The notes under the pieces: model-generated | Databases searched by the model: none | Seen by the model: the letters and a program-made list of their open reading frames with translations, nothing else | What the model was told of the DNA's origin: nothing | Program-made: the position numbers and the translations under genes | Assembly (NCBI GenBank): GCA_963718565.1 | Contig: OY970364.1 | Span: forward strand, 1,536,001 to 1,600,000 | DNA from: an uncultured Verrucomicrobiae bacterium | GTDB lineage: Bacteria > Chlamydiota > Chlamydiia > Chlamydiales > Rhabdochlamydiaceae | DNA: 64,000 bases | Direction of reading: 5' to 3' | Shown: piece by piece, positions 1 through 8,880 of the stretch | How the letters are laid out: each line of letters starts with the position of its first letter | Numbering within the stretch: position 1 is the first letter of the stretch

Positions 1-57
1 ATCGTAATTGGCCAAACGATCGGATTGCGATACAACATTATTTGAAATTTTAATCAT
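1..57 (-). CDS. 5' end of a gene running off the window (MIKISNNVVSQSDRLANYD...)
   Basis: ATG at 55-57 (minus strand), open to the window edge, with a promoter upstream. Confidence 0.5.
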   Translation of the reverse strand, partial: MIKISNNVVSQSDRLANYD

Positions 58-88
58 AATTTAAACTCTTTTTGTTTCAACAATTAAC

Positions 89-117
89 ATTGTATGTTAA
101 AAACAAGTTATAATCAA
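89..117 (-). promoter_or_regulatory. sigma66/70-type promoter TTGATT-17-TACAAT
   Basis: Hexamers at 112-117 and 89-94 with exactly 17 nt spacing. Confidence 0.55.
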
Positions 118-191
118 ACTGAAATTATTTTTTTGCAGAAACAAAATAACGTCATATTGACAAAAATTTATTTAAAAAATAACGATAAAGC

Positions 192-255
192 TAAGGGACT
201 GTAAGAAACGATTTCTCTTATGAAGCTGGAAAAGTTATTTTCTTACAGTCCCTTA
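192..255. repeat. Short palindromic MITE-like element
   Basis: 17-bp inverted repeat TAAGGGACTGTAAGAAA ... TTTCTTACAGTCCCTTA. Confidence 0.7.
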
Positions 256-541
256 CTGATTTTTTTGGCGTTCATTGATTGGCGAGTATTCCAAGCTAAA
301 TGGTTAAATATTATTTTAATTTGTGAAATTAATCGCAGAGGCCGCGTCAACGTTTACTATTCCAACACCGGCGTCCCTAATACACCAATGGCAGCTAAGG
401 GGGAAAAATGCTGTAAAAGCCCATCTTTTGAAATCAGTCTGATCATACTCAGGAAAAAATTGTTCTTGAAGTATTGCAGATCTTCTTTTGAAGCATGAAT
501 CTCATTCCAATTCCTCAGTAGATTCTAAGAGATTTGATTCA

Positions 542-655
542 TCAAGTGGCTTTAGAGATCTCAGCTGTCAAAATGGCATATTCTCGTTGGATCTTGATGC
601 CTCGTTTATCCCATTCATCGGTATTATGAAAGATACGGCGGATTTGTTTATCCTC
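542..655 (-). pseudogene. Internally deleted Bro-N/phage antirepressor-like fragment
   Basis: Manual translation EDKQIRRIFHN|TDEWDKRGIKIQREYAILTAEISKAT*, resembling N-terminal and distal motifs of that family joined together; cut by the IS256 end. Confidence 0.5.
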
Positions 656-1112
656 GGGTAGTGTAACATTGTTTCTGTAAATTCAATTTTTCAAGAAAGT
701 GTTTTGATAATTGAAAAAAAAAGTTTGAGATCACATTCTCTTAAGTTTAGACAAACAAACAAAAGGAGAGGTTATGATCTCAAACAGCACATATGCCCCT
801 GTAATCAACGCATTAGTAGAAGAACTCGGACAACAAGGCTTACACGGCCTCAGCGAACTCTTGAGCAGGCTCTTCAATGAATTAATGAAGACCGAACGAG
901 AGCAGGTTCTTCAAGCTGGTCCATATGAGCGGACAGAGGCTAGAAAAGGTTATGCTAATGGTTTTAAAGATAAAACGGTACAGACTCGTTTTGGAAAATT
1001 AGAACTCCAGGTTCCACAAACTCGAGAGATTGCATTCTACCCGCAGTGCTTAGAGAAGGGAGAACGATCAGAAAGGGCATTAAAATTGGCAATTGCAGAA
1101 ATGTATGTTCAG
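656..1112 (+). mobile_element. IS256-family 5' fragment (left end plus ~113 aa of transposase)
   Basis: End GGGTAGTGTAAC; motifs YERTEARKGYANG, TRFGKLELQVP, RSERALKLAIAEMYVQ. Confidence 0.85.
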
Positions 1113-1220
1113 GAAGAAGATTTACAACGACAAGTCCATATGTTAGAAATTTACTGCTCTGCAAAAGGATGGGTGTTTTCAGTAACCAAAGACCTCGGTT
1201 CCGGGATGAACTATAATAAA
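1113..1220 (+). pseudogene. IS607-type serine recombinase (TnpA) internal fragment fused in frame
   Basis: EEDLQRQVHML...KDLGSGMNYNK resembles the IS607 TnpA DLxRQ / DxGSGxN motifs. Confidence 0.7.
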
Positions 1221-1717
1221 CAGCGCCGCTTCCTCACTCTCGAATTACCCGAAGCACATCTCCTCAAAGACAAAACCCCACGCAACTTGCGCATTATCTC
1301 CGAACTGGGAACCTACTATGCCATTTTTACCATTCAGAAAGAACTCCCCATCCGAAAACCCATTTCTAAAATCCTCGCACTCGATCCCAATCACAAAAAT
1401 CTCGCCTATGGTGTTGACACAAGTGGAACAGCCATTGAGATTGCATCTCCTCACTGGCTCAAAACTTACGATAAACGCCTGGACGAACTAAAAAGTAAAA
1501 GAGACCGCTGTGATAAAAAATCTAAAAAATTCCATGTTCTGGATGAAAAAGGCAATCCCACAAGAAAAGAATTCCATCTTCCTTCCAGGCAATGGAGAAA
1601 ATACGATCATGCCCTAAAAAGCGCACTGCGTAAACGCCGAGAACAGACCAAGACGTTTATGTTTACAAGCGCACATCGCCTTTTCCGAAATTACGACTGC
1701 ATTGGAATCGGAGACTA

Positions 1718-2837
1718 TACTCTAGAAAATTGAAGTCTGGAGAGGATTGAGTTCAATTGTTTGGAAATTGTCGTTAATTCGCTTTTTCAGCATGTCTTTT
1801 AAATTAATAACGCCAGTGTTGAAAAAATCTCTAATTTTCTCAGTAAATTCATTGAATTTTGAATACAGTGTATTATAAGTAACACACTCTCTCATAACTT
1901 TCCATAAACGCTCAATAGCATTCAAATTTGGGGAATACGGAGGTAAGTAGTGTATTTGAATTTTGGTTTGGCTATCCAAATATTTTTGCACTTCCTTATT
2001 CTTGTTTGATCTGCCGTTGTCTAAGATTAAGTGGATTTTTTTTGCATCTGTATTAGCCGCTAACGTTTGGAGAAAATCGACCGCACTTGCAGCATCCACA
2101 GTGCTATATTCCTTCGTCACGACTTGCATTGCAGTCAATTCAATGGCACCAATAAAATGCAATCGCTCTTGCTTAGCGGTTGTTCCTAATGTCTTTATTT
2201 CGTTTTTTAGGATCCACCCAGCCACAGACTGGCTCTGATACTCAGGGTGTACAGCATCTCCAAAGAAAATTTTCTCGCCTTCTTGGAGACCGGCTTTCAA
2301 TTCATTGTATTTTTTAAGGAACGCAGCTTGTTTTTCGGGATCGAGCTTTCCTGGTACTTTGATTGGATGTTTATAAACAAATCCATGCCTCTTCAACCAA
2401 TTTGTCATACCAGCCACAGTGTATTTCACTTGATATGCGTCTAGAACGTAGAGACAAATTTTGCTCATTTTGAGATACGTTATTTGACTCAAATGTCTCC
2501 TCAGCGCATCTTCTTGGTCTAGGGTTAACTTGGAGGCCTTTCCCAAATGTGGATCATTGATAGTTTTTTGCTTGGCATCGTATTCTCTTTGATAATCATA
2601 AACGGACGACTCGCTAATTCTTAAAATCGCCGCTATTTCCCCTGGACTGTGGCAATCATCCCTACCTAAAATGACGCATACACGGTTCCGTTCGTTGACA
2701 TCTCTTGTTTTTTTTACAAGCTGTTCTAAATATAAACGCTGCTCATTGGACAACTTTTGCATAGAAGCATTATCCACTATCGCTGAAATATTTTTTAGGG
2801 AAATTTAAAATTTTACAGAATCCAATCATGAATAGTA
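1718..2837 (-). mobile_element. IS630-family element, complete (1120 bp), TA duplication
   Basis: Imperfect TIRs TACTCTAGAAAATTGAAGTCTG / TACTATTCATGATTGGATTCTG; TA at 1716-17 and 2838-39. Confidence 0.95.
1722..2777 (-). CDS. IS630 transposase
   Basis: HTH region, LILDNG, YLPPYSPNLNAIERLW. Confidence 0.95.
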   Translation of the reverse strand: MDNASMQKLSNEQRLYLEQLVKKTRDVNERNRVCVILGRDDCHSPGEIAAILRISESSVYDYQREYDAKQKTINDPHLGKASKLTLDQEDALRRHLSQITYLKMSKICLYVLDAYQVKYTVAGMTNWLKRHGFVYKHPIKVPGKLDPEKQAAFLKKYNELKAGLQEGEKIFFGDAVHPEYQSQSVAGWILKNEIKTLGTTAKQERLHFIGAIELTAMQVVTKEYSTVDAASAVDFLQTLAANTDAKKIHLILDNGRSNKNKEVQKYLDSQTKIQIHYLPPYSPNLNAIERLWKVMRECVTYNTLYSKFNEFTEKIRDFFNTGVINLKDMLKKRINDNFQTIELNPLQTSIF

Positions 2838-3334
2838 TATACACCAAATGGCGAAGGCATTACTAAACCAATGCGGCGAGCGATGAATAATCGATCCTTG
2901 ATTGGACGTTGGAAAAACACCCTCTCCTGGGTAGCTCGAAAATCGGGAAAAACCTTTATTGAATTCGACGAGAAAGGGACAACCCGGACCTGTAGCCACT
3001 GCCTGCGGATTGAAGAGCGGGGAATCCCTGTCTCATTGAGACAATGACAATGTCCACAGTGCAAGACCGTTCACATTCGCGACGAGAATGCCGCAATTAA
3101 TGGCTTGAGAAAGATCTTGCGAGATCTTTCAGCAAAAAATGAAGGAGGATATCCTTCAATAGTGTCTGGCTCAGACCTCGCTTTTATCCAAAAGCGATGG
3201 GCCTGGTGTGTTTTGCCTAATGGTGTACATGTGACACCGTGGGGGCAAGACAGCAAAGCAATTTGCAGCACCAGGAAATTAAACCGAGGGCATGATAGCC
3301 CTCGATCAAAAGTTGATAATTTGGTTATATATGA

Positions 3335-3541
3335 TCAGGTTTGATCAAGTTTTGAAGAGCGGAAAAATCTACCATCGCGGATTTTTGCCTCCATTTTGGT
3401 AGCCCAAGTCACAGCTCGCGCTTTTGTCGGAAATGTTTCAGATTTTTCCGGCATTCCTTTGATTCGAATGCGGACTCGATACATTTTTTTGGGTTTTTTA
3501 CCGGGTTCCGCCGGCAATTCTCTTTCTTCAATATATGCCAT
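3335..3541 (-). pseudogene. Tyrosine integrase N-terminal stub truncated by the TnpB element end
   Basis: YRVRIRIKG..SETFPTKARAVTWATKME; AGGAGG RBS; adjacent to a tRNA fragment. Confidence 0.7.
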
Positions 3542-3649
3542 GCTAAATTCCTCCTATGATTTACGCAGTGGCCCACTATTGGCCCACGGCGTTTTGCAGC
3601 AATCGTTAGGAGGTTATGTAGCTTTACATAACTCACTGAATTACAAGTA

Positions 3650-3703
3650 TGCTCGGAGACGGACTCGAACCGTCACGGCATTGCTGCCAAGGGATTTTAA
3701 GTC
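3650..3703 (-). other. 3' half of tRNA-Leu(UAA), att-site remnant
   Basis: 3674-3703 identical to 10838-10867; retains T arm and acceptor strand, lacks D arm. Confidence 0.9.
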
Positions 3704-3890
3704 TCGTCCATTACCGCACTCAACAACACGCTGCAAACAATAACAGCAAAAGGATTAAATGTTTAGAGCTTTCTGATCTATTGCTAAGGGATGTGGTATG
3801 TCGCCGTTTTTTGTGCCCGAATGTGCCAAATTTGTGCCATAAAGCCTTTGCCTTTCCTACTTTTTAAATCAGATTGAGAAAAAGAGAGTG

Positions 3891-3934
3891 TGGCCAGAAC
3901 TGGAATCGAACCAGCGACACAAGGATTTTCAGTC
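3891..3934 (-). other. 3' half of tRNA-Phe(GAA), att-site remnant
   Basis: GACTGAAAATCCTTGTGTCGCTGGTTCGATTCCAGTTCTGGCCA; no 5' half. Confidence 0.85.
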
Positions 3935-4152
3935 TTGCAAAGCCGCTTCCGCCCGTATTCTTTAGATGACCTTAAATCAACCAAGATCGCCAAATTCTAT
4001 AGAGAGAAGCAGATTTGATCAAGAAATTCTGGGTGATGGAGGACAATAGACTTCAAGGCAGGGAAATTGCCAACTACGGCAATATTACGGCATTTTTCTA
4101 ACAAAAAATCAGTCTCCCTTAAACTCAAGTGGATGAAAATTTTAAAATATTT

Positions 4153-4198
4153 AATAGCATTGACTTAACGCGTGAGGTTAAGTAATATAGTTGCTATT
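4153..4198 (+). promoter_or_regulatory. higBA promoter (TTGACT-17-TAATAT) overlapped by a palindromic operator
   Basis: ACTTAAC-N7-GTTAAGT between the hexamers; outer AATAGCA/TGCTATT repeat. Confidence 0.65.
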
Positions 4199-4218
4199 GA
4201 ACATCTCTAGTGCTATTT

Positions 4219-4524
4219 GTGGAAATAGAATTCAAAGACAAGCGGCTAGCAAAGGTTGAAAATGGAAATGCTGCGGATTTAGCGGCATCAGGTGCCCCTT
4301 TAGAAATTATTGATCGATTACGATCACGTCTCGATCTGTTGAGATCAGCGCCCGATGAAAGAACACTCCGAAATTGGAAAAGTTTTCATTATGAAAAACT
4401 CAAAGGCGATAGAGATGGCCAAAGGTCAATTCGTCTTAATAAGAAATGGCGATTGATATTTACAATTGATGAGAATCGAAACCCTAAAACAATTGTCATA
4501 TTAAAAATTGAAGACTACCATTAA
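4219..4524 (+). CDS. higB: HigB/RelE-family toxin
   Basis: YEKLKGDRDGQRSIRLNKKWRLIF...IEDYH; probable GTG start. Confidence 0.9.
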   Translation: MEIEFKDKRLAKVENGNAADLAASGAPLEIIDRLRSRLDLLRSAPDERTLRNWKSFHYEKLKGDRDGQRSIRLNKKWRLIFTIDENRNPKTIVILKIEDYH

Positions 4525-4539
4525 AAAGAGACTTTAACC

Positions 4540-5673
4540 ATGCGATCAAAAACAGCGCTTCCTCCTGGAGCGTACATTAAAGAGGAATTAGAGGAACGGG
4601 GATGGTCTCAGAGAGATTTGGCCTATATTCTTGGCTGCGCAGAACAAGCCATTACAATCATCCTTAACGGCAAGCGAAGCATTACACCTGAAATGGCAAA
4701 GGCATTAGCTATTGCCTTCGACGTTTCACCTGAATTTTTCACAAATCTCCAACAATCGTATGATTTAGCCAGAGCTAGAGAACCAGACTCGGGAATAGCA
4801 ACTAGAACATTAATTCAAAGCCATTATCCAGCTCGAGAAATGATAAAGCGTGGCTGGCTTGCCGATACCAAAGATTCGGCTCTCCTAGAAGCTCAACTTA
4901 TTGATTTTTTTGGAGTGGATAGCCTTGATAAAGTTCCGCATTTACAGCATGCTGCTCGAAAGTCCTATTATAATCAAATCCCTCCTGCTCAGCTTGCTTG
5001 GCTTTTTCGTGTGAAGAATTTAGCAAAATCACTGAACGTATCGAAATATAATGAACGCAATTTAAGAGATTCACTCGAAGAATTAAAAAAACTGTTGTCA
5101 TCAGAGGACGGAATACGACAAGTTTCATCTGTTTTAGCCAAATCAGGTATTCGTTTTATTATTGTTGAAGGCATCGCCTCATCCAAAATTGACGGTGTAT
5201 GCTTTTGGTTAGATCCCGATTCACCAGTGATTGGAATGTCCCTACGTTTTGACCGCATTGATAATTTTTGGTTTGTATTACGTCACGAAATTGAACATGT
5301 CCTTCGTGGTGATGGTCAAAAAGAAGAAATTATCGACACTGATATCCAAGATAGTAGCAATATCGAGCAAGCAAAAGAACTTCATAAAAGAGAACTAATT
5401 GCGAATAAAGAAGCTTCTGAATTTCTCATTCCCTCTGTTCATTTAGACTGTTTTATATCCGAATTCAAACCATATTATTCTGAGAAAAAAATCTTGGAGT
5501 TTGCTAAAAACACGAATGTTCATCCAGGCATAGTTGTTGGGCAATTACAGAGGCGAGGAGAGATCAATTATTCAACACTTCGCAAGTATTTAGTTAAAGT
5601 ACGCACTGCTGTAATTGAATCAGCTCTCGTCGATGGGTGGGGCAGATTGCCTCAACTCACTCGCGACCTTTGA
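4540..5673 (+). CDS. higA: HigA HTH antitoxin fused to an ImmA/IrrE-type metallopeptidase domain
   Basis: PPGAYIKEELEERGWSQRDLA HTH; RFDRIDNFWFVLRHEIEH (HExxH). Confidence 0.9.
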   Translation: MRSKTALPPGAYIKEELEERGWSQRDLAYILGCAEQAITIILNGKRSITPEMAKALAIAFDVSPEFFTNLQQSYDLARAREPDSGIATRTLIQSHYPAREMIKRGWLADTKDSALLEAQLIDFFGVDSLDKVPHLQHAARKSYYNQIPPAQLAWLFRVKNLAKSLNVSKYNERNLRDSLEELKKLLSSEDGIRQVSSVLAKSGIRFIIVEGIASSKIDGVCFWLDPDSPVIGMSLRFDRIDNFWFVLRHEIEHVLRGDGQKEEIIDTDIQDSSNIEQAKELHKRELIANKEASEFLIPSVHLDCFISEFKPYYSEKKILEFAKNTNVHPGIVVGQLQRRGEINYSTLRKYLVKVRTAVIESALVDGWGRLPQLTRDL

Positions 5674-5729
5674 ATTACCTTGTTCCTCGATCTTTTTTAA
5701 ATAAATTCGATCCATCGGTAAGATCTGAG

Positions 5730-7430
5730 GCAAGTGCTCATAAACTTGAGGTAAAGACCCCGAGACGGGCCCCCTTTACCTCGATTTCATGGGCAACAAT
5801 AATACAGCTATCAAGCCGCGTTTATTTTGCTTTTCACCTTGGCTCCTCGGCCTCCCGTTTCGCTCAAATTGTTATGTAGAGGTGTTGTTGGGCATTCCAA
5901 GACAAATAACAAACGGTCTTTTTTGGCATAAGTCAAGCTCAGACGGTTATTGAGCACACAATATGGGGTAAGTTTTTCCGGATTAAAAAGGACGTCAAAT
6001 GCTTTAGAAATTTGGCAACGAGTCAATTCATTGGGAAATTGCTTATATGCCTTCAAATCTTGGTATAACTGCCATATGCCTTCGCGCACTTTTTCAATTT
6101 CAGTCGCCAATTCCGGATGGGAGGGAATGAGCTTCCTGTAATGACGCTCCTCATGTATCCAACAAAGCGACTGTTTGAATATTTCGAATTGTGGAGCATC
6201 GTCGCTATGGATATTCAGATTTTTGGGCACACCATGCTCGATTAGACTGGCAAACAACCCGGCCTCAGTAAGCAATCGAATGGTATTTGAGTTTAGATGC
6301 CCAAATTCTTCCAGAAATGTTTTCCCAGGATCTTGTGTATGGAACACAGGATCTTGACGAATTTTAAACGCTTGAATCAACCATTCTGTATCCCTATGAG
6401 TGGCTAGGTAATCATAGGCATCTTGGTTAAATCGGTATTCTCCTCGGCCCTGCGCCAAAATCGTGAGGAAATTAATACGATTTTTGCTGTTGGTCGTCGT
6501 TAGATGGACGAAATATTCGTTGCAAATCACATTGGTGTAGCAGTTTTTGCTGCAATGTCGTGTGCCCACATCGTCTGTCTGAATTTGACCGGATGCTATT
6601 CCAGCTTCCAAAAGGTCGGCTTTCTCAGCGTGAAACTGGTCGTGTTTTTCTGTCAGCATCGCATGCAATTGCCCGGCAGAAATTGCGATTTTGTATCTAC
6701 GCAATTGCTCTAAAATCAGCTCTTCTGAAACACGGCAAGAATGGGCTAACGTGATGACATGCGCTCTCAAGGCCGCTCCATAATGCCCCTGAATATGCAA
6801 TGGAATCTGACCTTCGATGTATGTCCCATCTGGCAGTTGCCAGCGTTCGATCTCGTATCGAGTGTTATATGCCTGGCAAACGAGATCTTGAATGTCATAC
6901 TTCCGAGTGCCTTTAAAAATAGCCCCTTCGGGAATGGTATCTGGCTTAAGTCGGTTGATATTGTGGAAAGTCAGTCCTGTTTTTTTACTGCGCGGGTGCT
7001 TGCCTCGACCAGAGTTCCCTCTATTCCCCTTCCCATCTTTTGGTTCTTTCTCGGAATTTTCTAAATCGCCGGGAGGTATTTTAGGGCGCGGGGGCGTTTG
7101 CTTGAGGCGAGCAATTTCATCTCTGAGAGTTTGATTTTCGATGCGCAATTCAGCATTGGCCTGTATGGCCATGCTCAGTTGATTCAAAAGATTCGACACA
7201 GTTGCTCGGAGAGAGGCCTGTTCATTGCGCAATAGGATGAGTTCTTGTTGAAGAGAGGCATTGGCTGTTGTCATTTGAGTGCTTCCCAAAAAATGAAAGC
7301 AGTAATAATGCGACAATTAAAAATTAAAATGAACTTATTTTTAGGCGGCCTGGCAGATTTCTTTGCCCATGAAATCGAGGTAAAGGGGGCCCCGTCTCGG
7401 GGTCTTTACCTCAAGTTTATGAGCACTTGC
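5730..7430 (-). mobile_element. Single-ORF IS66-like element with ~68-bp TIRs and 8-bp TSD GATCTGAG
   Basis: TIR GCAAGTGCTCATAAACTTGAGG...ATGGGCAA at both ends; the empty site is visible in the intact IS1634. Confidence 0.9.
5811..7274 (-). CDS. IS66-like transposase, probably C-terminally truncated
   Basis: Coiled coil, QTDDVG, HSDDAPQF, LCWIHEERH, PLHNNLSE. Confidence 0.85.
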   Translation of the reverse strand: MTTANASLQQELILLRNEQASLRATVSNLLNQLSMAIQANAELRIENQTLRDEIARLKQTPPRPKIPPGDLENSEKEPKDGKGNRGNSGRGKHPRSKKTGLTFHNINRLKPDTIPEGAIFKGTRKYDIQDLVCQAYNTRYEIERWQLPDGTYIEGQIPLHIQGHYGAALRAHVITLAHSCRVSEELILEQLRRYKIAISAGQLHAMLTEKHDQFHAEKADLLEAGIASGQIQTDDVGTRHCSKNCYTNVICNEYFVHLTTTNSKNRINFLTILAQGRGEYRFNQDAYDYLATHRDTEWLIQAFKIRQDPVFHTQDPGKTFLEEFGHLNSNTIRLLTEAGLFASLIEHGVPKNLNIHSDDAPQFEIFKQSLCWIHEERHYRKLIPSHPELATEIEKVREGIWQLYQDLKAYKQFPNELTRCQISKAFDVLFNPEKLTPYCVLNNRLSLTYAKKDRLLFVLECPTTPLHNNLSETGGRGAKVKSKINAA

Positions 7431-7578
7431 GATCTGAGGGCATGTATATAAGAAAAACCCTCAAGACAGACCGTAAGAATAGATATACTATTCATGATTG
7501 GATTCTGTAAAATTTTAAATTTCCCTAAAAAATATTTCAGCGATAGTGGATAATGCTTCTATGCAAAAGTTGTCCAAT

Positions 7579-8879
7579 CAGGGCCATTTAACTAAAAATT
7601 TTTGATACCAGATCAGCTAAGATGGCATAATAAATTCCTCAAATTTGGAGGACCTATTATGTCACGCCGTAAGCCAATCGACGCCACAATCCTAGAAGCT
7701 AGTAAGAATTTTGATGCCCGTGTATTCGCGGAAACCGTCAAGGGAGAGTTTGCAGATTTCCCTGATTATCGACGTAATCAAAAACGTGTCTTATATCCAG
7801 TTTGGTATTTGACTCTTGTTATTCTCTGCGGATTCTTTTGTGGATGCAATACGATTGAGGAAATCGCTGAATATGTTTCTCTGCAGGAGGAGTGGTTTTC
7901 TTCTCTGCTAGGTGAGGAGCTCTCAGCACCTTCCCATGGAGCGCTCTGGTGGTTTTTAGTGAAAACACCCCCTGGTGCGCTCAAGCACTACTTGCAAAAA
8001 TGGTTCAGCAAAATTCCTGCTTCATTGCGCGATCAGCTATTGGCGATCGATGGTAAACGGATGAAAGGCGCAAATTTCCTAGGCGGTGTCACACACGTAG
8101 TGGAGCTATTCGCAGCGGAGGATCGATTATGTCTTGCCGTGGAAAAGGTCCCAAATAAAACAGTCGAAAAGAGCACGTTACCAATCATTTTGGAGCAAGT
8201 GAATGTAGAGGGGGCGATTATTTCAGGAGATGCACATTTCACCGTAGCCGAATCGGCAGAACAAATCGTTGATGCGAAGGCAGATTATCTGCTGGCTGTT
8301 AAGGACAACCAGCCAACGCTGTGCGCTGAAATGGAGAATTTTTTTGATCAAGCTCACGCAGTCGAATGGGAGGAAGTCCCCCATTCGTTTCACCAGGAAG
8401 TAGATAAAGGCCATGGTCGAATCGACATTCGAGAAGTACGAGTCGTCGAGGACCTGGACTGGTTGCCAAATGCGGGCAAATGGAAAAACTTAGTCTGTCT
8501 CATCGAAGTAAGGTCCACGAGGCAAAAACTTGGATCTACTGCCAATGAGGTATTTAGACGGCTATATATTTCGAGTCGTCGAGCATCTGCCAAAGATTTT
8601 GCTAAATGGACCCGACAGCACTGGAGCATAGAAAACAAATGCCATTGGGTAGCTGATGTGATTTTTGAAGAGGATTATGCATTGACGGATAGAGGGAATA
8701 GTGCGGAGAACATGGGGTTGTTTCGACGTTTGGCTATGAACATGGCTGCAGTTGTAGATCCAGAAAGGGGGCTCGCCTCCGTAAGGCGCGCAGCAACTTT
8801 CGGTGGTGGGTACTTAAAGGGAATTTTGGCAACATTTTTCTGTTCGAAAATGTCAAAACATTTTAGTTAAATGGCCCTG
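7579..8879 (+). mobile_element. ISAs1-family element with 10-bp TSD GTTGTCCAAT
   Basis: TIR CAGGGCCATTTAACTAAAA / TTTTAGTTAAATGGCCCTG. Confidence 0.95.
7659..8870 (+). CDS. ISAs1 transposase
   Basis: LAIDGK, ISGDA, VKDNQP, KGHGRI, RQHWSIEN. Confidence 0.95.
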   Translation: MSRRKPIDATILEASKNFDARVFAETVKGEFADFPDYRRNQKRVLYPVWYLTLVILCGFFCGCNTIEEIAEYVSLQEEWFSSLLGEELSAPSHGALWWFLVKTPPGALKHYLQKWFSKIPASLRDQLLAIDGKRMKGANFLGGVTHVVELFAAEDRLCLAVEKVPNKTVEKSTLPIILEQVNVEGAIISGDAHFTVAESAEQIVDAKADYLLAVKDNQPTLCAEMENFFDQAHAVEWEEVPHSFHQEVDKGHGRIDIREVRVVEDLDWLPNAGKWKNLVCLIEVRSTRQKLGSTANEVFRRLYISSRRASAKDFAKWTRQHWSIENKCHWVADVIFEEDYALTDRGNSAENMGLFRRLAMNMAAVVDPERGLASVRRAATFGGGYLKGILATFFCSKMSKHFS

Positions 8880-8880
8880 G

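Larger units (their letters stand above)
1221..3344 (+). pseudogene. tnpB: TnpB RNA-guided nuclease remnant, 5'-truncated, split by IS630, with an internal stop
   Basis: ILALDPNHKN; IGIGDY|TP rejoined across IS630; FDEKGTTRTCSHC...Q*QCPQC...RDENAAIN. Confidence 0.85.

Noticed and set aside
220..498. 92-aa ORF
   Set aside because: Starts inside a palindromic repeat; no recognisable motif
1221..3344. Active Cas12/TnpB system
   Set aside because: N-terminus deleted, IS630 in RuvC-II, TGA in the zinc finger, no CRISPR array
3649..3993. Small ORFs 3649-3867 and 3784-3993
   Set aside because: Read-throughs of tRNA fragments with no protein features
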